Assembly: GCA_016748015.1 (NCBI GenBank)
Contig: JAAOMT010000360.1
Location: forward strand, 1 to 49,680
DNA from: Geosiphon pyriformis uo1
Taxonomy: Eukaryota > Fungi > Glomeromycota
Reading direction: 5' to 3'
Length of the DNA: 49,680 nt
Part shown: piece after piece, positions 12,446 to 23,130 of the stretch
Numbering within the stretch: the stretch's first letter is position 1
How the letters are laid out: every line of letters begins with the position of its first letter
Notes under the pieces: model-generated
The model's input: the letters and a program-made list of their open reading frames with translations, nothing else
Databases searched by the model: none
Told to the model about the DNA's origin: nothing
Translations under genes and position numbers: made by a program

Positions 12446-13159
12446 TGTTACAGTTGAAACACATATTTTTTATTAATTATCACATGTATTAGCCACTGAT
12501 GTCATATAATTAGTCACCCTATTTTTAGATAGTGATCATTGACCTGATCAATGACCTGATCATTGACCTGATCATTGACCTGATCATTAACCTAATCAAT
12601 GACCTAATCATTGACCTGATTATTGACCTGGTTGTTGACCACTTTAGATAGTTATATAAGCGATGATTCCCTTAGCTGTAGAAAAACATGATCAAAGTAA
12701 CAAAATAAACAATATCAATTACTTCCTCTTATAATCGCTTATTCCCCTTTCCTTACCTTCAAGTATCTACTTGTTGGCATTCACATACCTTATCTTTTCC
12801 CCTTCTTGATTTGTATTTGTTAGAATTAGCCTGAGAAGCAATTGGCTTGTTCTTGTAATTCATTGAATAAAGAAACGATTGAAAAGTACAATGATACCTG
12901 TTATTGATTCTAAGAATTGCCAAGTTGAGGCATAAAATAATAGCAGCAGTGTTATCTTGTTGACAATCACGGACTATTCCTCTACCTTCAGATTTAAGAA
13001 AAGATTAGGGACTGTGATTTTTATGAGACTGATCACGCACATTGAATTCCTACTTATTCAATTCGCTCTCTTATTGTAATTCTTTCTTTGTTTATATCCA
13101 TCACCATACAATACTGTTCTCTTTTGCTATCCATTAGCTTGTTACTCCAACCCGTAACA
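12446..13159 (+). repeat. 5' LTR of element B (714 bp)
   Basis: TGTTA...TAACA ends; nine 12-bp tandem units at 12533-12640. Confidence 0.95.
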
Positions 13160-13165
13160 TAAAAG

Positions 13166-13184
13166 TGGTGCTCCCTGTGAGATT
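13166..13184 (+). other. Primer-binding site of element B (TGGTGCTCCCTGTGAGATT)
   Basis: 6 nt after the LTR; reverse complement AATCTCACAGGGAGCACCA resembles the 3' end of elongator tRNA-Met. Confidence 0.8.
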
Positions 13185-13211
13185 GTCAAAATTCACTTAT
13201 TCCCTCATTGT

Positions 13212-14765
13212 ATGGGTGATTACTCATATCTGCCACAGCAATCAGAAAAACACTTTGCAGCACACAACAAAAACGACCAAAGTTTCATTGAACTTAATCC
13301 TCTGCCCTCCTGCTTGATCTGCTTCCCCCTTGAAAAACAATCCAGTAGACAATTCCAAGACTTTTGGAACTGGTTTCTGAACGAGCATTCAGCTAAAACC
13401 TACACAACTTATACAACCTATTATTTTGACCAAGCTTATTTTGAAAACAACTTTGAAGAAAGAAACAACAGTATCAATCAGCTCTTATATTCTGCAATCT
13501 TTGAACAACAGCCCCCCAATTTCGAATACCTGAATCATCAAATCCACATTTGGATTGCTGCTCATTAAGCAACTGAAACTCCCTTTGAAACAGAAGAAGA
13601 AAGCTACCAAACTGCCACTGTTTTTGATCTTTTATCAAGCGAATCAGACTCGTCTACACAAACAGTTACCCCTGAACCAATGGCTAATGACCCCATGCAA
13701 GCAAACATTCTGGCCACCCTCCAAGGTATACAAACTGCTCTAGGGCAAAGAAACAACACCCCAATACCATTATTTAGAGGTGATGCACAAGATCCAATTG
13801 AATGGTTGAATAACTTTGAAAGAGCCACTACAGCCAATCAATATGATGATGAGTACAAGTTCCAAATTGTCGGTGGCTACCTTCAAGGATCCCCTGCTAC
13901 CTGGTTCTCACAAAAAACAGATGCCAATGCCCAGCAAAGAATCATTAGATGGATACCAGCAAATGTGGGAGAAATCAACACTTCTTTCACTACCCGGTTT
14001 GAAAACAAGTTCAGAACCCCAATATTAATATCAAAATAACGTATGGAATTGGAAAGAAGAACCCAAGGTCCCGGTGAAGTTGTAACCGAATACACCAAAG
14101 CAATCAGAAAGTTAATCAAACAAATAGACACTGGAAGAAATTGGACAGAAGAGCAGAAAATTCACTCCTTCACAAAAAGATTGAGAACTGATCTATCGTA
14201 TGCTCTTTGGCCCCTCCTGGCCCTGAAAGATAATCCCACCATAAATATGGCCATTGAATTAGCACAAAGAATTGAAGATAACCAAAGGATGCACTTGGGA
14301 TCCACACTACCAGTTTTTGCTTCTGTTCCTGTCATGGCTCCTGCCCCTCAAATGGCTGCTATTTCTTTTGCCACTTATACTCAAGATCCAAATGAACAGT
14401 TAATAGACAAACTCACAGCAAATTTTGTCTGGTTATTAGAACCCTTAGCCCAAGCAGTCAGAGAAAATCAGCAACCACAAAGACCCAGATTTGAACCATG
14501 CTTCAATCAGTCCCAGCAACCACCTTATTAAAGACAACAAAATCATAGCCCACCTGTATGCTATTGCTGTAAATTAACTGGACACTTTTCAAGAGATTTT
14601 AACAATCCTTCACTGCCTCCACCAGTCCCCAGAAACAATGATGCTCAGAACAACAGGATCAACAACAACAATATGCCCAACCAAAGACCCAATCATGCCA
14701 ACATCAATTTCTTTGGAGAGGATCCCCTAGTTGAAGCCACTGTTTATTAGCCTTTAAACTGGTAG
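13212..14765 (+). pseudogene. Element B gag with N-terminal extension and degenerate CCHC
   Basis: ORFs at 13212, 13680 and 14043 share one frame; FRGDAQDPIEWL, YLQGSPATWF, QGPGEVVTEY; CYCCKLTGHFSRD knuckle near 14560. Confidence 0.9.
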
Positions 14766-14801
14766 GCACACCTCCAAAGGGTGAGAGTACAAGCCAACCA
14801 G
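14753..14801 (+). other. -1 programmed ribosomal frameshift signal (T TTA AAC plus downstream stem-loop)
   Basis: Heptamer is phased X XXY YYZ in the gag frame, gag stops two codons later, and the -1 frame is open into pol. Confidence 0.75.
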
Positions 14802-17446
14802 AAGAAAACTTCTTTTACACTTTTAACTTAACTGATGATGACTATGACATGGATGAATTAGCAATCAACCCCTCTGAATTCACAAGAAAAAAGAAGAAAG
14901 CCAAAGTTGATTTTGTTCTGGATCCCAATAAAGCTTCTACATCAACTGCTGACAACAATGAGCCCCCAAAAGCCAAAGTTTTCAAGAACTCTTCAAAGTT
15001 GGAACCCTCAGAAATAGTACAAAAATCCGGTCCCTATTCTGTTGTCAAAGACCTTATGAAAACCCCAGCACATATAACTTTTGGCCAATTGATAACCCAT
15101 CCACAATTCAAAAAAAATCTTCGCAAATCCCTGATTCCAAAGAAAAAAACACCCAAAACCAACAAATGCCCTCGCCAAACTGGACTTGCTGACAATAGTA
15201 ATGTCACTTCTCTAATTTGTAAAGCCCAAGTGGCTGGCTACTTCATTGATTTGATCCTAGACAGTGGATCATCTGTTAGTGTTATTGCCAAACACTTTCT
15301 TGAAGCAATTGGCAGAAAAATTGATGAACCATCTACACGACTAATGACTAATGTGCATGGTAATAAGAAAAAAGCGCTTGGCATAGCCAAAGCTATTCCT
15401 GTCCACATCAATGGCATCAGCATTGAAACTAATATGGAAGTGTCTGAAGCAAAAAAATACACCATCATTGTTGACAATGAATGGCTTAAGAAAGCAAAGG
15501 CTTTGCTTGATTATGAACTCTGTGAACTAACCATCAGATGTGGTGAGAAACCCATTGTGGTTAAGTGTCACCATTGGACAACTCCCCCAGTACCCAAGCA
15601 GAGCCCAGAAGAAAATGAATCAGATGAATCAGATGATGAAGAAAGTGAGGAAGAAGAAGAACAAGAAGAACAAAAAGAAACTGCTGAACTCGCCTATATC
15701 ATCTTTACTAGCAATGGCAAACCACTGGATAATGTCAAGACAGATAAAGAAGGAATCATTGTCAATGGCAAGCTGATCTGCTGGCCTTATTATAACATGC
15801 TCAGAAGAACCTTTGACAGAAAGCCAGGCAAGAAAGCCAAATACAGTTATTGGTGGCATGGTCCTTGTGCCCAGTACTGGTATGACAAACTATTGTATTC
15901 TCTTAGTGATGAATGCATGTCCTGCCTGATCTATTACAAAGATTGGGAACCAATCAGCTTGATATCCCGAGAGGAAATAAAAGAAGTCCAAAAGTTCTTT
16001 GAAAACGAACCACCTGAAATCCAATCACTGGTTGTAGAACAAAGAAAACCCTCTCCAGAAGAAAGAAAAGTAGACATTGAAAACCTGCTGGCTAGAAACA
16101 GCCCAGTTATCTCAAAAGAAGGTAAACCTTTTGGATATACACATGTGATACAACACACCATCATCACCAGAGAAACTCGCCCCATCCATTTAAAGCCCTA
16201 TCAATCCAACCGGCACAATGATGAGTTTATCAAAAAGGAAATAACCTGAATGAAAATCCTTGGATTCATACAGGAAACCAAGAGTGAATGAGCATTCCCA
16301 GTTGTAGTGGTATCCAAGAAAGGAGGAACCCTACACTTTTGTGTTGACTATTGTCAATTAAATGTCATTACTGAAAGAGACATGTACCCACTTCTCAAGA
16401 TTAATGCAATGCTAGACCAATTCCATGGTGCCACTTTCTTCTCAACTATTGACTTAACTGCTGGATTCTGGCAAGTAGAGATGAATTCAGAAAGCAGAAA
16501 GAAAACTGCCTTCATCACCAAGTATGGTACCTATGAATTCACAGTCATGTCTTTTGGTCTCACAAATGCTCCTCCCACCTTTCAACACTTAATGGACAAA
16601 GTATTTGAATCAGTAAAAGAAAACTTTGTTCTAGTCTACTTGGATGACATAATGGTATACTCAAAAACCTGGGATGAACACCTTGAATATTTGCAAAAGG
16701 TTTTTGACTTCCTTAGAAATGCTGGTCTCAAGATCAATCCAATCAAATCATTCTTTGGACATCAATCCACCCAGTTTCTTGGCCATCTTATTACAAAAGA
16801 TGGAATCTTTCCTGATCCAGCCAAAATTGAAAAAGTTCAAAACATTAGACAACCAATGAATGTTCATGAACTATGCTCTTTTCTTGGTTTGGCCTCTTAT
16901 TATCGCAAGTTTATCAAGGATTTCTCCAAAATCACTGCTCCTTTCAATCAGCTACTTAGGAAAAACATCAATTATCACTGGGGCACTCATCAACAAAAAG
17001 CATTTGAAATTCTGAAGGAAAAACTGGTTACAGAACCCATTCTCATGCAACCTAATTTGGATCAACCTTTTATCCTCCACACTAATGCATCTGGCTATGG
17101 ACTTGGTGCTGTTTTTTCCCAAAAAGATGAAGATAACAGAGAACACATCATAGCATATGCCAGTAAAACTCTCACACCAGCAGAAAAGAACTACTCAGTT
17201 ACTGAACAAGAATGCTTAGCAGTAGTTTGGGCTACCAGCTACTGGGACAAATATCTTAAGGGTGTGAAATTTTTGGTGGTAACAGATCACCAAGCTTTGG
17301 TTTGGCTACGCAACAAAAGAAACCTGGAACATAAACGAATAACTTGCTGAATACTCCACTTGAACGAATTTGACTATGACATTCAACACCGCAAAGAAGC
17401 TAATCATCAAAACGCCAATGCTCTCTCCAGACTTACCATCCAGTGA
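14753..17446 (+). pseudogene. Element B pol (PR-RT-RNase H), ending before the integrase
   Basis: LILDSGSSVS; FCVDY; IDLTAGFWQ; YLDD; HTNAS; TEQECLAVVWA; NANALSRLTIQ then TGA TAG TAA. Confidence 0.93.
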
Positions 17447-17511
17447 TAGTAAAACCCTCTCAAACCAAACCAACTTAATTATTTGTAACTCTCCTACAAA
17501 CAAACACGATA

Positions 17512-18819
17512 ATGGACTTGGACAACTACTCTGCTTTAATGAAATTTTTGGGTAAAGGACAATACCCACCAGACTATACTCGACAGCAAAGAGAACATTT
17601 GTGCAAACAATCAAATTTCTATTTGATTCGCCAGAACCAGTTATATAAAAGAAATAGAAAAGATCCTGACTGCCCCCAGAAAGTCATTAGATTTGAAGAA
17701 AGAGAAATTGTGATCTACAATATGCACACTGATCCATTAACTGGACACTTTGGAAAAACAAAAACAATTCAGAAAACTTTAACTTGCTATTATTGGCCTA
17801 CCTTGGGAAAAGACATTGCTGAATACATCAAAACCTGTGATATCTGCCAAAGAAGAGAAAAACCCAATCACAAAGAAGATATCCATCCAATCTCTGTTGG
17901 TCAACCATTTGATAGAATTGGTATAGATGTTGTTGAACCTTTAACAGTAACTCCTGATGGCAACAGATACATTATCACAGCTACTAACTATCTTACAAAG
18001 TGGGTAGAAGCAAGAGTCACCCCTGATCAAACAGCAGTTTCAATTGCCAATTTCATTTATGAAGATATTATCTGTCGCCACGGCTGCCCCAAAGAACTTT
18101 TATCTGATAGAGAAAAAGCTTTTCTCAGTACACTGGTTGAAGAACTTTGTAGAAAAATGGGAATACGTCATAAACTCTCTTCTCCTTATCATCCCCAAAC
18201 AAATGGCCTAGTGGAACGTTTTAATAGAACACTATGTGAAACCCTAGCCAAAACCAGTGAAGAAACCAACCTATGGGACAAAGTATTGTCTTCAGCTTTG
18301 TTTGCTTACAGAACTGTGAATCATGACATAACAAGTTATGAACCCTTTTTTCTGCTCTATGGATGAATGGCAACTTTACCAATAGAAATGAATATAGAAA
18401 CAATATCTTTTGAAGAAATAACAATAGGAGATTACAAAGACATTTTGCAAAGAAGACTTGGTACCATTCTTAACTCATTAGTAGAAGCACGGATAATTGC
18501 CTTTGAAAAGATAAAACAATTCCAAGAGAAGCTCAAAAAGAAAAAAACCTATAAAACACTTTCTTTAAGTGTTGGTGACTTAGTTTTGGAATACCATTCA
18601 GACAGAGACAATGTCTATGGTAATAAATTCTCTAGCCGGTGGAAAGGACTCTTTATAGTTAACAAAGTTTTGAACAATGGTTTTTATATCTTACAAGATC
18701 AATATAGAACAATATTCAGTGATTGTCCTATTCATAGCACGCGACTCAAGAAATATCACAAACGACCTGATTGGTTACCTGTTGTGGTAATACTGACCCA
18801 AATGATCAGCAAAAATTAG
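17512..18819 (+). pseudogene. Element B integrase as a separate ORF
   Basis: MDLDNYSALMKFL; HTDPLTGH...CDIC; GIDVV, LSDR, SSPYHPQTNGLVERFN; one internal stop at 18364; no chromodomain. Confidence 0.93.
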
Positions 18820-18866
18820 TTATATTTAAATGCACCATTCCCAAAACAGAGGTATCTTCAATCGAC

Positions 18867-19523
18867 ATGAACAATTATTTCCTGGATCAAAACATTCAAA
18901 ACGCTTTCTATACTCTCCATGAGTACTGGATCAAGAACTATCCAAATGCTACTCTGACTATTGGAAAACAAACCACTATAACAGACAACAGTGGAACTCA
19001 CACTGTTATTAGACCAAAGAAAACAACTACCAGAAGAGAAAGAATTGGTGGCAAAATAGATAAATACCTACTGGAAAGCATAACAGCAGCAATACTTTCA
19101 CCTTCCAGCACAATTAGAAAAACAATACAAGAAATCTTGCCCATAGACAAAAACTTGTCATATGGAAGACAATTAAAACTCTATGGTCGTCTTGGTAAAA
19201 TCATAGAAGACATGAAGCTCATGAAGAAAACAACTTCAGAGATACAAGTGGAAATTTTGGGCATTATACGATTAGATGTCCCAAGAGTTTTGACCATTGC
19301 TAGAAGAGCCAGAACTCTTATACAAAGATTTGGTCTCTTGGATACAAAGCTTATTTTGCCTTAAGTACTATATACTCTATCCACAAAAGACTTCAACAAA
19401 CTAGTTAGTTTTGAGTTAGACAAAACCCTTCACATAGACTATCCCATAAATAGTTTGATTTCGCTGGAGCTCAATCTCTTTGGAGAGGATGATGTTATGG
19501 TTGAAACACATAGTTTTTATTAA
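18867..19523 (+). pseudogene. Element B extra 3' ORF (ORF-X), one internal stop at 19362
   Basis: MNNYFLDQNIQNAF...; frame continues past the TAA through the PPT into the LTR (ELNLFGEDDVMVETHSFY*). Confidence 0.72.
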
Positions 19524-20158
19524 TTATCACATGTATTAGCCACTGATGTCATATAATTAGCCACCCTATTTTTAGATAGTGATTGTTGACCTGATCAATA
19601 ACTTGACTGTTGACCTGATCATTGACCTGATCGTTGACCACTTTAGATAGCTATATAAGTGATGATTTCCTTAGCTGTAGAAAGACATAATCAAAGTAAC
19701 AAAATAAACAATATCAATTACTTCCTCTCATAATCGCTTATTCTCCTTTCCTTACTTTCAAGTATCTACTTGTTGGCATTCACATACCTTATTTTTTCCT
19801 CTTCTTGATTTGTATTTGTTAAAATTAGTCTAAGAAGCAATTGGCTTGCTCTTGTAATTCATTGAATAAAGAAACAATTGAAAAGTACAATGATATCTGT
19901 TATTGATTCTAAGAATTGCTGAGTTAAGGCATAGAATAATAGCAGCAGTGTTATCTTGTTGACAATCACGGACTATTTCTCTACCTTCAAATTTAAGAAA
20001 AGATTAGCGACTGTGATTTTTATGAGACTGATCATGCACATTGAATTCCTACTTATTCAATTCACTTCCTTATTGTAATTCCTTCTTTGTTTATTTCCAT
20101 TACCATACAATACTGTTCTCCCTTGCTATCCGTTAGCTTGTTACTCCAACCCATAACA
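19493..20158 (+). repeat. 3' LTR of element B (666 bp)
   Basis: Repeat of the 5' LTR with five 12-bp units (19580-19639); the 48-bp length difference equals four units. Confidence 0.95.
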
Positions 20159-20162
20159 GTAG

Positions 20163-20836
20163 GGTGAAGATAATGGTCTTTTGACATTAAATTGTCCACA
20201 AATTTCTTGGATTAAATTGTTCACGAAATGTGTTCCTTGATCAGATAAAAGTTTTATTGGGCATCCATGTCTACAAATGATGTCTTCGTAGATAAAGTTT
20301 GCTACTGATTTTGCATCTGCCCGTTGAATGGCTCTGGCTTCAGGCCATTTGGTAAGATAGTCTACGGCTACTACAATATAGCAGTTTCCTTGGTTTGTGA
20401 TAGGTAGTGGTCCGATTAAATCGATACCAACTCTGTCAAAAGGCTGTCCAACTTTGATTGGCTTTAAAGGTTCTGTAGGGCGAGTTTCTTTTCTTCTTTG
20501 ACAACTATCACAAGATTTGACATATTCGTGAATGTCTTTTCTTATTCAAGGCCAAAAGTAGTATTCTAGTGTTCTTTGGGTGGTGCTGTCTTTTCCAAAG
20601 TGGGCTGATGAAGGATCTGAGTGCATGTTGTATAATATAGTCTCTTTTTCCTGTTTTTGTATTAATCTGAGTGGTTTGTCTGGGTTTTTGAAATTTTGGT
20701 AATAAATAATGTTGTTGTGTAGAAAATATTGTTTGGCTTGTTGTTGTAGTCGATGTTTTTCATCTGAAGACCAATCTGTTGGAATTGTTAATGTTTCCAA
20801 ATATTGTTTGAGATCATTGTAGTTTTCCAAATTCAT
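20163..20836 (-). pseudogene. Element A integrase, 5' part (own ATG at 20836)
   Basis: MNLENYNDLKQYL; HSDPSSAH...CDSC Zn motif; FDRVGIDLIGP; LSDQG; interrupted by element B inside SSPYH. Confidence 0.92.
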
Positions 20837-20888
20837 TGTTTGTTGGCTCTTTTGGTTGGTTAAGTTAAGTGTTGGTTTTTGTGTTTTT

Positions 20889-22180
20889 CTAATCTTGTCT
20901 CATTCTGGAGAGACAGTCAACATTGGTGTGGAGTTTTCCTGGTTTGTAATGTACTATGTATTGATAATTTGCTAGAAATCCTGTTTATTGGGTTTGTTTT
21001 GCATTCAGCTAAGTATTTTTGTTCTGAAGCCATTTGAGTCCAATATTATCAGTGATAATATCGAATTCTTTAGGCCTGAGATAAAAGTTGAAGTGGTGTA
21101 AAGCCCAAATTATGGCTGCTGTTTCTAGTTCTGTGGCAGGGTAGTTTTTCTTAGCTGGTTTTAATGTTCTGCTAGCATAAGCAATTACTCGCTCATTTCC
21201 GTTGTCATCTAGTTGTGATAAGATAGCACCAAAGGCAGTATATGAAGCATCTGTAGCTAGTCGAAATCAGTTGCTAAAATTCAGGTAGGCAAGAATTGGA
21301 GCTGTTGTCAGTTTTTCCTTGAGAATTTCAAAAGCTTTTTGGTATTTGGTAGTCCATTTGTATTCAATGTTTTTGATGGTGAGCTGGTTGAGGGGTTTTG
21401 CAATTTCTGAAAATCTTTTGATAAACTTCCGATAGTAGGATGCTAATTCTATGAATCTTCTTAGTTCTGTAGTGTTTCGAGGAGTTTTGAAGTTTTTGAC
21501 AATGCTGATTTTTCCAGGATCTGGTTTAATTCCATCTTTACTAATGATATGACCAAAAAAGACCAGGCTTGTTTTTCCAAAGTAGCATTTTTTGATATTG
21601 AGTTTTAGTCCTGCTTTTCGTAATTGTTGAAAAACTTCTCACAGGTGTTTTAAGTGTAATTCAAACGATGGAAAATAAACATCAGTATTGTCAAGATAAA
21701 CGACTACTGATTTCTAAAGAAGTTCTTGGTACACAACATCTATTAATCTCTGAAACGTTGCTGATGCATTGCATAATCCGAAAGGCATTACATTGAACTC
21801 ATAATTTCCGCCTTGGGTGGTGAATGCTGTTTTGGTGCGATCTTTGGAATCTATAGCAACTTGCCAGTAACCACTTTCTAAATCTAGTGTTGAAAAGTAT
21901 TTGGATTTTCCAAAGGCATCTAACATGTCATCAATCCAGGGAAGGGAGTAGGCATCTCCAATTGTAACACTGTTGAGTTGTCAATAGTCAACACAAAATC
22001 GGATCTTTCCATTTTTCTTTTTAACTAGCACTACAGGTGAAGCCCAAGAACTTATGGAGGGTTGGATGAGCCCATTGTTAAGCATTCATTGTACTTCTTC
22101 TCGGATAAATTGGTGGCTTTCTGTAGCAACTTGATATGCTTGTTGTCTTCTTGTTTGGCATCTCCTGTATAAATTTGGTG
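20889..22180 (-). pseudogene. Element A reverse transcriptase and RNase H
   Basis: [38 protein letters not shown] (mutated YLDD), LATDAS, NVDCLSR, then TAG at 20889-20891. Confidence 0.92.
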
Positions 22181-22726
22181 TTAGACCAAATTGGTTCTTC
22201 CTAAGTCATTGTTGTTTTCAGCAAAGATATCAGCAAATTCTGCAATTAGCTCTTTGAGCTGGGTCTGTTGTTGTGGTTCAAGTTGTCCCATGTTGATTCG
22301 AGATAGTTTTTCCATGACAACATAGTAGTTTTTGGAGCTGGAGTTTGGGTTGATTTTTGATATTGAATGTCCAATAATTTCAGAGAAATTGGGGACTGTT
22401 TGGGGTAATTCTTGTTGAAATATATTACTGTGAATAACTCCAATTTCTAAATTATTTAATAAAATTATGAGGTAATTATTGGGGTTGTAAAAAGTAACTT
22501 GGACTTTCTTTGTTCCTTCTGGAATATAAATGTTTGAAATCAAAATATTATGTTCCAAGCAGACTTGTTCATTGGACTCAAAAATTTGTTGTGTGGTTGT
22601 TGGCTTTGAGCAAGTGTAGATTTCTGGATGTTCTCCAAAGAGTGAGATGGTAATCAGTTGTGGAAGTCTAAGAATCTAGTGGGATTTGTTCCATGTGTTA
22701 AGAGCTATGTTAACTGGAACTGTGAA

Positions 22727-23130
22727 TCATCCAGTTGAACCAAAACCTTGGGTTCCTCTATTGCTTTTTCCTAATTGTTCTCTTTGATTGACTAGTTGCA
22801 AACCCGAAATGTTGATTAAGGGTAGGTAAATAGCTTGGGCAATTTTTTCAGCATGTTCAATCTTGAATGATTTGTTAATTTCATTTTGAAGCATCACTGT
22901 AATGTCTCCAGTATATCTAGCATCAATTATTCCTCCTCTGACATTGATTCCTTTGCTTGCCAGAGAGGACTGAGAGGTAATTTGAACCATTGCTCCTGGC
23001 GGGATTTCGAGTGCAATTTTGAGGTTGATTTTTGTGAGAGATTTGGGTTTGAGAACAAAAGTATCCTTACCTGAATATCTTAGGTCATATCCAGCATCAA
23101 TTTCGTGTGCTTTTTCAGGTTTTATTCCTT
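22727..23130 (-). pseudogene. dut: Element A trimeric-type dUTPase domain within pol
   Basis: All five motifs: AGYDL, SQSSLA, GIIDARYTG, KIAQ, RGTQGFGSTG; same frame as gag and protease. Confidence 0.95.

Larger units (their letters stand above)
12446..20158 (+). mobile_element. Ty3/Gypsy LTR retrotransposon B, non-chromoviral, inactivated, nested in the integrase of A
   Basis: LTRs 12446-13159 and 19493-20158; perfect TSD GTAG (12442-12445 / 20159-20162); gag-PR-RT-RH-IN; PBS; PPT ggagaggatga 19482-19492. Confidence 0.97.

Noticed and set aside
12533-12640. CRISPR-like array
   Set aside because: Contiguous 12-mers without unique spacers, inside an LTR, eukaryotic context, no cas genes.
18700-18819. 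Chromodomain or env at the end of the integrase
   Set aside because: IN ends shortly after the RLKxY motif; no chromodomain, signal peptide or TM helix is visible.
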